Shown: positions 51,101-63,100 of the stretch, piece after piece | How positions within the stretch are numbered: the stretch's first letter is position 1 | Layout of the letters: each line of letters opens with the position of its first letter | Source: Candidatus Omnitrophota bacterium | Lineage (GTDB): Bacteria; Omnitrophota; Gorgyraeia; 1-14-0-20-64-10 | Direction of reading: 5' to 3' | Length of the DNA stretch: 64,000 nt | NCBI GenBank assembly: GCA_023248155.1 | Contig: JAHFFE010000004.1 | Coordinates: 4,248-68,247, forward strand | Made by a program: the position numbers and the translations under genes | Notes under the pieces: model-generated | What the model was told of the DNA's origin: nothing | The model's database searches: none | What the model saw: the letters and a program-made list of their open reading frames with translations, nothing else

Positions 51101-54100
51101 CAATCCGCAAGATGTGAAGCGTATCGGCGATGTGATGCGCGCGGCGGAACTCAATATCGGCGACCCGGCGGATGCCAGCGCGCGGGCGGATATCAATAAT
51201 GACGGCGTTGTCAACTACAGCGACCAGCTGCAACTCTCAGATGCCTTGCTCAAGGCGCGCGACATTGACGGCGATCTGATCAAAGATGCCAAAGACGTGC
51301 AATCGATCCGCGACCTGCTCGAGATGATCAACTCCTTCCGGGCCGGCGTGCGGCGTACGCCCCTTGAAAGCGTGGCGCTCTATGATGCGGTGCTTGAAGT
51401 GCAGGGCCGCGTCATTTTCGTGCAGCGAGACGAGCAAGACCATATCTTTTTGATCACCGAAGACGGCCAGAAAGCCCAGCTGAACGAAGAAAGCGCACTG
51501 GTGGATTTGGGCGGCGTGCGCTACCGGGTGGCCACCGATCCTGAAACCGGCGTTTATCAGCTGACGAAAATTTCCGCGGATGCGGTCCAGATTTATGACG
51601 GCGTGATTGCGCTTGGCGAACGCAAATTGAGCGTGCGCAAGCAAGCGGACGGCAGTTATACGCTGGAAGATGCGGAAGGCCAAATTTATCAGGTCCAGGC
51701 CGGGCTGGATGAAACGTTGATTGACGGCGTGCCCTACCGGCTGACGCACAGCGCGGCCGGGTATCAGCTTGAAGAAATCCTTTACCGGACGCCGCAAATT
51801 TCGCAGGAAGGCGTGCAGTGGATACGCCTCGGCGAAAAGACTTTTGAAATCCGCCGGCTGTCTGAAGCGGTTGAAGGCCTGGAGGGCATCGCCAGTTATG
51901 TGTTCTCCGACGGCGTTAAAACGTACCACAATATTTACGGTGAAGACACGGTCCGCATCGAAGATAAGCGCTACCTGATTGAAGTGGCCGCGCAAACGGG
52001 CGCGGTGCGGCTCGTCGAACAGCTTGCGGGCGATTTTAACCGCGACGGCGATGTGGATGCCGATGACCTTGCTTATCTGGAAGCGGCGCGCGACGGCGTT
52101 TCCATCCAGATGGATGCGGCCGCCGATGCCCTGCAGTATGTTGAAATCGACGGCGTGCGCTATAACGTTTTCAAAAATAACGATGGCACTCTGCGGCTGG
52201 AAGAACGCACCGACCGCTCGATTTCGTCTCAAGTGATCGAGATCAACGGCGCGTATTACCGCGTTGATTACGAGGCGCCTGACGCGGCGCTCTCCGGCCT
52301 GCTGCGCCAGCCTAACTTTACCTTTACGCCGCTCGTCATGACCGAAGGCGGCGCGTTGAAACCGCTGGCCGGCGCCATGGACGGCAAGCGGCCGGGCGCG
52401 GCGGCGGATACCTATGTGCCGGCGCCGGAGGATGCGTTTGTCATTCTGCCGGACGGCCTGGCTTATCAGCCTGTATTTAATGAAGCCGGTGCTTTCGTGA
52501 AATTCAAACGCACGGCGCTGATGAGCACGGCCGTAAACGGCACAACCCTGCGGCTGGGCTACCGCTTCTTCAGCGTGCAGGACATCACGGGCCAGCCGCT
52601 GAAACTGACCGAATCCGGCACGGACTATCTTTCCAATGCGGCGCGCACGGAAATCCAGATCGGTGATCTGCGTTTTGCCTTGACTCTCAAACAGGATAAT
52701 ACCTGGCAGTTGACTGAAAAACTCTATCCGCAGCTTTCGGAAAATGCCAAGGGCCGTCTGGTGGATGTGGCCGGCCGCAGTTTTACGCTGATTCAGAAGG
52801 CCCAGGGGGGATTGCTGCTTGTCTCCGGCGAGGAACGCTACGAATCGCAGGCCGGCGATGCTTCGATTCAAATCGCGGGCCGCACTTACCGAATTATTTA
52901 TGAGCCCGCGCCGAAAAATGTCGGTGATCCGGTGCGCGATGTGGTGCTGGTGGAAGAAGCGCCGGACCTCAAACTCAGCAGTCAAATTTTCCAGGCCTTC
53001 TCGGCCAACGGCCTTGTGACCCTGCATGATTCGTTTAATCCGGACCGGGAATATGCCCTGCAGTTTAATCCGGATGAAACCTATACGCTGACTTCGACGG
53101 ATGCGTCGCACGGCTATCAATTTACCAGCCGCATCGTTAACGGCGAGCATTTGATTTTCTTTCCTACGGGCCGGCGCGACCGCGAAAATTGGCCGGAGTA
53201 TTACGCGCGCTACCGCCTGAAGAGCGATGCGCTCGGCAATGTGACCTTTACGCGGCTGAAGGATGCCATGGTAAGTATTTATGATTACTCCGGCGAGCCC
53301 GGCATGGCCGGCATGGGAGGCGGACCGAGTTATTATGACGTCAGTTTCGGCAGCGATATCCTTTTCCCGAACTCCGAAACGATTCCGGGCGAACTTGTGG
53401 TCAACGGCCGCTATTACCAATTTACTTCTTCGGGATACAATGACGAAGCGGCGGGCATGGAGGGCGGATGGGCGCCCGATCCAAACTCCTACCGGTTTGT
53501 GGATGCCGCCGGCCAGCCGGATGAATATGGACAGCTGCCGGTCTATACTTCAAATCCGCAAACAGGGCTGGTCACCCTGGCCGACGGCTTGACTTACCGC
53601 GTGGTTGCGCCGGATTCCGCCATCTCCGGCGGGGAACACGTGCTGCTGGTGGAAGTGCGCCAGGACAAACAAATCATCAATCCCTTCCAGCAAAGCGGCT
53701 GGAAGGCGCTCGAGATCGATGGCTTGTCTTATCTGGTTGAACTGCGCGATCAAAAACCTTATGCCCTGCATCGCGAGGGCGTGACCGCGCTTTTTGATGA
53801 AGACGGCCGCATCGTGATCGACGGCAAGACTTACCGCATCGGCATGAACGACTATTATTACAATTCAGTCAAAACGGGAGAGGATGGCCGGGTGCAGGCG
53901 GTTTATACCGATGAGCGCATCACCTACGGCAGTTATCCGAATATCCGCGTCTTTCCGCCCAATGCCTTTACGGCCGCCGACCGCGAGTACTTCCTGGTGG
54001 AAGATTTGGGACAGGCGGAACTTTACCGCACCGAACATCATTGGCTCCCGGCGGGATATACCCAGATTTTTGGCAAAACCACGCTCAAGATTGATTACGA

Positions 54101-57100
54101 AGATTACGAAATTGCCAAAGTCACGCACCGCGGCTTGGAACTCGTGGCGTTTATCAAATTGGATGCGCTTGGCAATCGCACGCAGATGGCCTATTACATG
54201 CGGCCCGACGATCAGGAAATCACGCTCTCCGGCGGACGCCGCTTCCGCATTGTGGGCGATGTGACCGGTATTCAAAAATCGGCAACGCTGGTGGAGATCA
54301 GCCGCGCGGGCACGCTCGGCAGTGTGAGCGGTTTTGAAATCCTGAACGGTGAAAAACTGACGCCGGGTTACGGCTATACGCATGCAAGTCAGCCGCTGGC
54401 CGTCGTGCTGGACGGCGTGACCTATGAAGTCTTTCCGCGCAATGCCGCGGGCCGTATTTTTGCCACCGACGGCCGCACGGTGTTGGCCAGCGATGCGGAC
54501 GGTATTTTGAATATCAACGGCCGCCGTTTCCGTCTCGAAGAAGAAGCCGTCACGTATGAGATTTTCAACGATACGCGTGTTTCGCATTTGAACTACTACC
54601 TGACGGAAGACTCCTCGCGCCGCTACCGGTTGAATTCCGTGAGCGATGCGGCGGGCCTGCCGCAGGCTGAACTTCAGCCGCTGACAAGCGACGGAAAATA
54701 TTTTGCCGCGGCGGACGAAGTCACGCTTTTTGACGGCCTGCGCTACCGCATGACGGTGAGCGCCAAAGGTGAGGTTTCCTTGACCGAAATCAATCCGCCG
54801 GCGCGGCGCGAAGCGCTGGTCAGCAAAGCTCCCGGTTTTCAATTGACGCGTCTGGCGCTGGAAGCGGGTGATGGTTCCGCCGGCCGCAATCAACTTGTGG
54901 CCAGCCGCCAGACGGGCGCCGTGACAACCGATACGCTGGGCCTGCGGCATACTCCGCTTGTGATTTTGGGCGAATCCTATGAAGTCGTGGAGCGCAGCGA
55001 CGGCACGTTTGAATTTTATCCGGCCCGCAAAGTCAATGTGGATGAAATTCTGGCAGCTTCCGGCATTCAAAATGCGGCGGAAGCCAATGCCTGGCGTGCG
55101 GCGGTGGAGAAGAGTTTCACGGCCCAAAGCGTTGCCAGCGATAAGATTTCGGGGACGGTTGTTCTGGACGGCATCCGCTACCGTATTTCCAAACATCCTG
55201 TGACCGGTGCGGTCGAACTTGCCGGCCGGGATACACGGGTCAAGCCGGACGCCGATCCCTTGGTGGCCGGCAGTATTGATTTGACGGTCTGGAAAAATAC
55301 GGACGGGAGTTATTCGGTTTACTGGCCGCTGGACAAGACCGTTTACCGCGGCGACGGCGTCACCAAGACGGTGGTGCTGGGCAACTCGGTCAAATACGAT
55401 ATCGCTGAAGACGCGGCGGGACGCATCACGCTCAAGGAATCCACCCGGGTGATTGCCGCGCCGCCTTTGGCCCAGGTCATCGAAGTCTATGGCCGCAATT
55501 ACGGTGTGGTCAAAAATACGGACGGCACGTACGCCTTCTATGACGGTTTGTATACGTATAAGTCGGATGCCCAGGGCAAGACCGTGAAACTGGGCGAATT
55601 TATTCTGGCCAGCTATGACGACTACCTCAAACGCAGCGCCGAAGGGACGCTGGATGAAGTCCGCGGCGTGCTCTATGACATTGAGGCCGACGGACCGAAC
55701 CATGTCCGCCTGGTTGATCATCGTGAGGCTGAAACCAAGATACAGCTTTTTGAATTGGGCGGGCGTTTCTATACCAGCGGCCGTGATACGGTTGGCCGTA
55801 TCACGCTCAGTGACTATGCCACGGGGGAAATCGTCCTGCGTATTCCGCAGGGCACGAGCGAACTTGTCTTTGACCGCGAGACCTATACGTTGAGCGTTGA
55901 CAGTGTGACCGGTTTTATCCGCCTGGTTTCGAGCCAAAGCCAGAATGCCTCGCGTGACGCGCAGGTTTTGCGCCTGGGCGAGCAAATCTATCTGGCTTCG
56001 GCCATGGGTGACGGCCGTTTCCAGTTTTATCTGGACGGGCAGCCGTTTATTTCCCAGGCGGCGGCCGGACGCGTGACGCTGGGCGACGGCCTTGAATATC
56101 ATGTGACCGCCGGCGCTGACGGCCGCATTCAGCTTGAGCAAAAATATATTGACGCCTTTTCCGAGGAACGCATGTCCATTCTGCTGGACGGCCAGATCTA
56201 TGACATCCTGCACACCGGCAGCCACCGCTGGCGCTTTACGGATGCCGCGGGATTGTCTTTCGACAGCGATGCCGTAACGATGAAAGTCACAATCGGCACG
56301 CTTATGTATGACTTGGTCGAACATGCGGACGGCAGCGTCACCGCGATTGCTCAAAACGATATTTCGACCTCGCTCATCCGCAAGGTGGTCAATATTGGCG
56401 GCCTGCTTTATGTGGTCACGCGCCAGACGGACGGCCGCTTTGCCTTTACGGCCGGCAATGTCACGGCTTATGCCGCGCTCTCCGGCCGGCTGGATCTCGA
56501 TAAGGTCTTTACGGTCACGTTCAACGAAACCACCGGCCAGGTGCGCGTCACGGAAACGGTCGTGCGCCGCAGTGCGCCGGTCGAACTCCTCGAAATCAAA
56601 CAGCCGTCGCTGACGCGCCGCATGACAGTTGCCGGAAAAACCTATGACCTGAAGTATGACCGCGTGGACATGCTTGAAACCAGTCTGACCGGCGCGGAAA
56701 TTCACAAACAGCGGCCGCTTTTCCAGTTTACGGATGCGGGTTCGGGGACGGTCTATGAAAACCGCACTTATAAATTCGGCGGGTCGGTCGGGGCCTGCTC
56801 CAACGAAGAGTGCGAGAGCCAGGATATTTTAAGCACGGACCGTAATCAATTTGCCATGGATCTGCCGGAGGCCACGTTGAAACTCGAGGATTGGCCGCGG
56901 GTCTTTGCCTTTACCATCATGATCGACGGCAAATCCTACCTGATGTCCGAGACCGAGGCGCACAAGCATACGTTCTTCAGCGAGGACAAGTATTACCACT
57001 CGTGGATCCAGCCGTGCGGCGAAAAGTGTATTCAGGAGTTTGTCGAACTGCCCGACGGCAAAGGCGGTTTTGTTAAATTCGAACTTTATTACAGCAACAA

Positions 57101-60100
57101 GTACTACGACGAACCGGCTTCACAGGCGGATTTTGTGGGTGACCGGCTGCTGGTGAGAATTGACGATGCGGCCGGGGCGGCCGACATCCGCGTCATTCCC
57201 AAGATGGAAATTCCGACCGAGCCGGTGGAAACGTCGCAGTATTATCTGGCGGAACGTTCGGCGCAGGACGGCCGTTTGACCCTGCGTGAGGAAGCGACCG
57301 GGCGTGCGTATGAGGTCAAACAGCGCATTTCGATCGACGGCCGCAATTACGAGGCGTCCGTGGATAGCGCAGCCGGCAAAGTTTCGCTGACCGAAGAACA
57401 CGCGGCCAGCACGCGGGTGCCGGGGCGGCTGGCCGTGCGCGTGGGCCGGGATGCCGCCGGTTACAGTTATGAACTCAAGACCGACGGCCGGTTTGAATTT
57501 TCCGACGGCATTCATACCTATTACAGCACGCGCGAAACCGGCCGGCCGCAGGTCATCTTGTCGGATGGAAACGTCTACACCATCGCTTACAACGCCGAAA
57601 CCCAGGAATTGGCGTTGACCGAGCGCTATGAAATTTCCACGCCGGCCGGAGCGGGCCGTTTGAATGTCGGCGGTACGGTGTTTACGTATACGATCCGCGC
57701 CGATGGCAGCGTGCGTTTGACGGCCGGTACGAAAACCTATGACAGCCAGGGTGAGATGGACCTTGTCTCGGCGCTCAAACAGCCCATTCAGTACAAACTG
57801 CGCGAAGGACAAACACTGCCGGCCGGAGAAACGTCCACGGTGCCGGGTTATAGCGGCTTACGCTGGGAAGACGCGGGTATGGGCGTGACCAAGCCCTATC
57901 TGGTGAAGTTTGATCCGGCGGCAGGAACGTATACCGTGCGTGAAAAACCGCTGCCGGTGGACCCGCAGGACTATGTGGCCATCCGCGGTTTTGCCAAGAC
58001 CTTGCAGGAAATCAAAGCTGCCTACGGCGCTTTCGGCGACACGAGTGATATTTATGATGCTGAAAATCTGAGTTCACTCAATTACGACCGGCTCTATGAC
58101 GCGGAGTATGAGCACAACAGCCTGAGCGGCTACAACAGCCAGTTCCTGTCTAACTTCAATGCCTATGAACTGACGCTGCGCACAGGCCTTGCGCCCTGGC
58201 AGGACAGCCCGGTGGCCCTGGTGGATTACCGGGACGGCGTGCCGGACAGCAGCCTTGTCGGCTCTCAGGCGAAACTCGCGGGCGCTTATGACATTCTCTT
58301 TGATACGCCCAACCATACGCCGGGCAGCAGTTATCTGCCGGTGCGCGAATTGCAGGTCTATCAGGATGAACTGCGCATCATGCACCCCTGGATTAACGGC
58401 GTGGAGCGTGTGTTTGAACCGGTCTACAACGACAATGCGGGCATTAGCCTGGAAACCGGTCCGTTTGCGGTTTTTGCCGGTGATACGTCAACCAACTACC
58501 GCAACCGCGGCGTGACGCTGAATGGCAAAGCCTATGACGTGGCCATGGATCCTGTGACCAAGGCGCCGGTCTTTACGGAACTTTCGTCCTACCGCGCGGC
58601 GAATGCGGATGAAGACGTTCTGCTGGTCTACCACCTCAAGGATGCGGAAGGCAACGAAACCGGCGTGGAGTACAATTTATTCGATGCCACATTTACCGCG
58701 CTGGATGTTTTCAAAGGGGTGATTCAGGCCCGCGCCAAACTTGGCGAGGCCTATGACTATAAGAACCCGGCCAATACCTGGGAGAAGTTGTCCCTGGCGG
58801 ACATCGAGGCCCAAGCGCAGACATTCCAGTACAATGCCCTGACGCGCAACTTTACCCTGCATGGCGTCAACTACCGCGTGTTTGAACAGCCGGTGAGCGG
58901 CGAAGTTTCAATTCTGCGCGCGGGCGGTACTCCGCCTGTGGTGCTGAACGCTCTGAATACGATCGAACACAATGACCGGCTGTATGAAATCCGCAGGAAT
59001 GAAGACGGCCGTATCATCCTGACCAGCGATACGGGGGAAGAGTTCCCGAGCGATCCGGACGGACAGACGCTCAGTATCGACGATTACCATTTCGATATCA
59101 GCCGTGATCCGCTGACGCAGGCCTGGAAACTGAAGGAGCAGAGGGTTGAAAGCTACTACGGCGATTTGGCCGTTGTGGATGAAACTTCAGACGGCGGCGG
59201 CCGCATCTCTGCCCATTTTCATTCCGTCGCCAATCCGGGCGTACCCCTTGGGTTTGAAGTGCCGGGTGCCGGAACCCAGGTTGAATTTTTGAATCAAGCC
59301 GTGATTGCCGGGCCGGACGGGCAGGAACATGGTTTATTTGTGTTCCGGATTGGCAGCAGTTTTGTGCTTTCTGACGGGCTTAACGGCGGTATTACACAAG
59401 TGCCGGATCAATACCGTCAGATTACGATCGACGGCCAGCGCTACCAGGTTCAGGTGTTTACGAACTCTTCGGGCCAGACCCTGGCGCGCATTGAAAAAGT
59501 GCTGCGTACCCTGGATTCCAAGCCAGGCGTGCGCGCGGACGGCAAACTGTATCAGGTGCAGGACACGCCCGGCAGTTATACCGTTCAGGTTGGCGGCAGT
59601 AAGCGCAAAATTACATGGGTGATGGCCGTCTGTGCCGGCGCCATGTGCCGTGATGTGGACCCCACGCCGTCTTACCTGCCGTTGGAATTAGAATCCAATC
59701 CGTCGCGCAATACCATTACGCTCAACGACGGCATTGAACGGACGCTGGTCATTGATCCCGATGAACCCACGAATGTGGATATCCTGCCGGATCAGATCAC
59801 GAGTTTTGATCTGCCGGATTTGAAACTGGGTAAACGTTTCTTCTACAGCACGGTCCATGCGAACGGGTCAGTCACGCTGACTGAAACCTATAGCGCCGAT
59901 CCGCAGACTTACATCTCCGATCCGCTGACGCGCGAAGTGACGATCAACGGAAGAGTGTGGAGCGTTCAGGTGGCGGGCGGCAAGGCCGTGCTTACGGCGC
60001 GGAACATCAAGGAAAGCAGCGCGCTGCCGGGAACTTATGCGGAAGTGGACGGCCGTATTTACCAGATTGAAGCGGATGCCCAAAACCGCTGGGTTTTCAG

Positions 60101-63100
60101 CGACGTGTATCTGTCCGGCGTGGCTTTCACGAGCACAGCCGACGGCAAGAGCGTGACGATTCATGAGCATGTTTACGATATCAGCGCTGCAGCGGGTAAG
60201 GTTTCTCTGAAGGAGCAGCCGCGCTCCTATCCGGTGAAGGAAGATCACGTCATTCTGAACAGCCGCATTTACAAGGTGCAGATCGTGCGCGATATCCTGG
60301 GGCTGGAACGCGCCTGGCTGTCGGACGGCACGAACCTGATGGTCTCCGGCGAATTTAAAGATGCGGATGCGGTCAGCGGCGAAAACAAACAGGCGCGCGC
60401 CGAAGTCGTCATTGACGGTAAAACCTTCCTGGTTTCGATTGAGCGCGATCCGTCTATTTACAGCACTTTGTCGGATGAATTCCTGATTGTGAAACAGATT
60501 AAGCCCGCGCCGGCGCAGGGCGGCGGCACGAGCGGTATGGAAGGCTATGAAAGCGGGGACGGCGATCAGGACATTTTTGAGGAGTTAGGGCTGAACGACA
60601 TGCCCGGCGGCGGAGGGTCCGAAATTCCCGATTGGCAGCAAGAACAACAATGGCAATTTGAAAATCCGGCGATTGCGCAAACGTCTACGCCGCAAATTAC
60701 GGAAGTCCTCAAAACGGATGGCAACGAACGCTGGGTACGCATCCGCGCCCGGGTTTGGAAGTCGGGGGCTGCTGCGGTCAGTCTGGACGCGCCCCGTATT
60801 CAATCGAGCGCCGCTGAACGTCTAAGCGTCAACGGACAGGATGTTTTTGCAATTCAGGAACCGGCTGAAACCAGCGGCCGGCCAGACGGACAGCCGGGCG
60901 CCCAGGGCTATGTGCTCAATCCCAATGCGGGCATGCTGCGGTTTGTGACGCCCACGAAAGTTTTTTGGACGGAAGGGGCCACTTCAAGTGTTTCGTTTGG
61001 AGATGGGATTGTCTACCGCGTGAGCGGCGAGCCGGGAAGCCATGTCACTCTGCGTGAGACCGGTACGGCTTCCATGGCTGTGCAAACCATGCAAATCGAC
61101 GGGCGTTTCTATACGGCTTGGCAGGACCCGGATGATCCCAGCCATGGTTTCCGCTTTAACGACGGGTTTGGCGAATACGCCAGCGTCCGCGATACATTCG
61201 GTTTCTATGAACGCAACGGCGTGCTGACGTCCGCGCCTTCGCGGATGGGCGCGGGCCGTTCCAATCCCGAAGGCATGGCCGCAGCCGACATTCTGCCGCA
61301 AGCGGGCGCGCGCGAATTGGGAGAAAAGTATACGGCCAATGAAATGAATTACCGCATCAACCTGACGGCCGACGGTTTCTACCAGGTGGGCTTGTCGGCC
61401 GCGCTCAGTGACGACATGACGGACGCCATCCGCCGTGCAGGCGCTCTGAAACTGGAACCGGAATATGTTTTTCATGTGTTTCTGGACGGCCACTTCTACG
61501 GCGACTTCTATCTGCAGCCCGGCGAAGATTTCCGCCAGGCGGCCGTGAAACTGCGCCTGACCCCGGGCGAGCATGATTTGAAGATCGTCTGGGATGTGCC
61601 GGAATTTTATCAGCAGAATCAGCTCACGGGCGGTGCGGACCTGCGGGTGCGCCGCGTGTTCGTCATGGCGGACCAGACTTACCAGGCGGATCTCAATGGG
61701 GACGGAGCGGTCAATGATGCGGACGAAGCCCTTTTGACGGCCCGGCTGACACCGGCCGGATTTCAGGCTGAGACTTCGCAGATCACCGGCGCGCCCGAAC
61801 GCGAAGAAGTTGAAGGCGCGGTCAGCCGGCTGGTGGCGGACAATGTGCTGGAAGCCAACGGCATCCGTTACGAAGTTAGCCGCCAAAATGGCAAGTTCAT
61901 GCTGGATAACGGCCGCAAAGTCTATGAGGTGGCGCCCGATGCCGCGCAGGTCAATTTGGATGGTTACGTCTACACCTTGGTGATTGAAAACGGGCGGCTG
62001 ACCGGCATGGTGGAAATCCTGCCGGATGTACGTCCGGTGGATTTGGATGTGATTGAAGCTGCCGGCCGCGTGCTTTCCGTTCAGCAGTCGGCGGACAATC
62101 CGCACGAATACCGCTTCAGCGACGGCACGAATCTATTCCTGAGTTCGGCGGCGAGCATGACGGTTTCACTGTATGGTTTGGTTTACGACATTGAAGAATT
62201 GGGCGGCGGCGGTGTTCATGTCAGCGAAGCGGCGGTTGAACTGGAACGCCCGAGCGATACGGAACTGAACCTCAATGGCACGCGCTATCTGGTGCAGCGC
62301 CTGGGTGATGGATCGTATGTGTTCTCCGAACCCGTGGAGTTTGAAGATTCTGCGATCCGTGACGGACTGGAACAAGTCGAGATTGGCGATGTGAATTATT
62401 TTGTGGTGCGGGATCAAACAAACCGCATCCAACTGCTTAAAGAAGTCCCGGAAACCAGCCGGCTTCTAGCCCAGACGGTGGTTTTCATTGGCGGGACGAG
62501 CTATGCCGTCACGCCGGATGCGGATCATGCCGGCGAATGGATTTTCCGCAGCCCTGCGGCGCAGTCGGCCACACAGAATCGTGAAATCACTCTGAGCGGC
62601 AAGAAATACCGCGTTGATCTGGATCCGGCAAGCAGCGTCTTGACGGTCGCGCCGGTCAGCTTCGGCAGTCTGGATGTGGATAAGAACGGTCTTGCTGACG
62701 CGCAGGATTTTGCGGCCATTCAGAGCCGCTTTAATGCGCAAATTGTGACAAAAGATCCGCAGCAAGCGCAGCAGCTCGGGGCGCAGGTTGATTTTTGGTG
62801 GACCCGCATTGCCGCGGCCGCAGGCACGGAGTACGGGGACTATGGCTTTACGTATACGTTTGATGCGCCGTCGGCCGGTGATTTTATGCTGGGTCTGAAG
62901 ACGGCCATGCTGCCGGTGTCCGGCGCGCCGGTTCAGTTTGATCATTTTGATTTCGACGTTTTTGTGGATGGGTCCGCCGTACGCGCTGGAATTCTGCGCG
63001 CCGATGCGTCCAGCGGTTATGTCACCCATGAAATGCCGGTAACCCTTGCGGCCGGCACGCATCAATTCCGGTTTGTCTGGTCCAATCCCGTGCCGCGCGT

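Noticed and set aside
9072-51340. Cellulosome scaffoldin or enzyme interpretation
   Set aside because: No cohesin or glycoside hydrolase domain was recognised, and the dockerin-like units are polymerised or split, unlike cellulosomal components.
53865-56705. 946-aa minus-strand ORF, and similar long ones (51237-53420, 23703-25466, 16827-18167, 13161-14498, 15012-16319)
   Set aside because: They are in exact codon register antisense to the giant + strand gene. They stay open because TTA/CTA/TCA codons are rare in the sense frame. Their translations (AVAVDI, RQ-rich) mirror the DxNGDG repeats and resemble no protein family.
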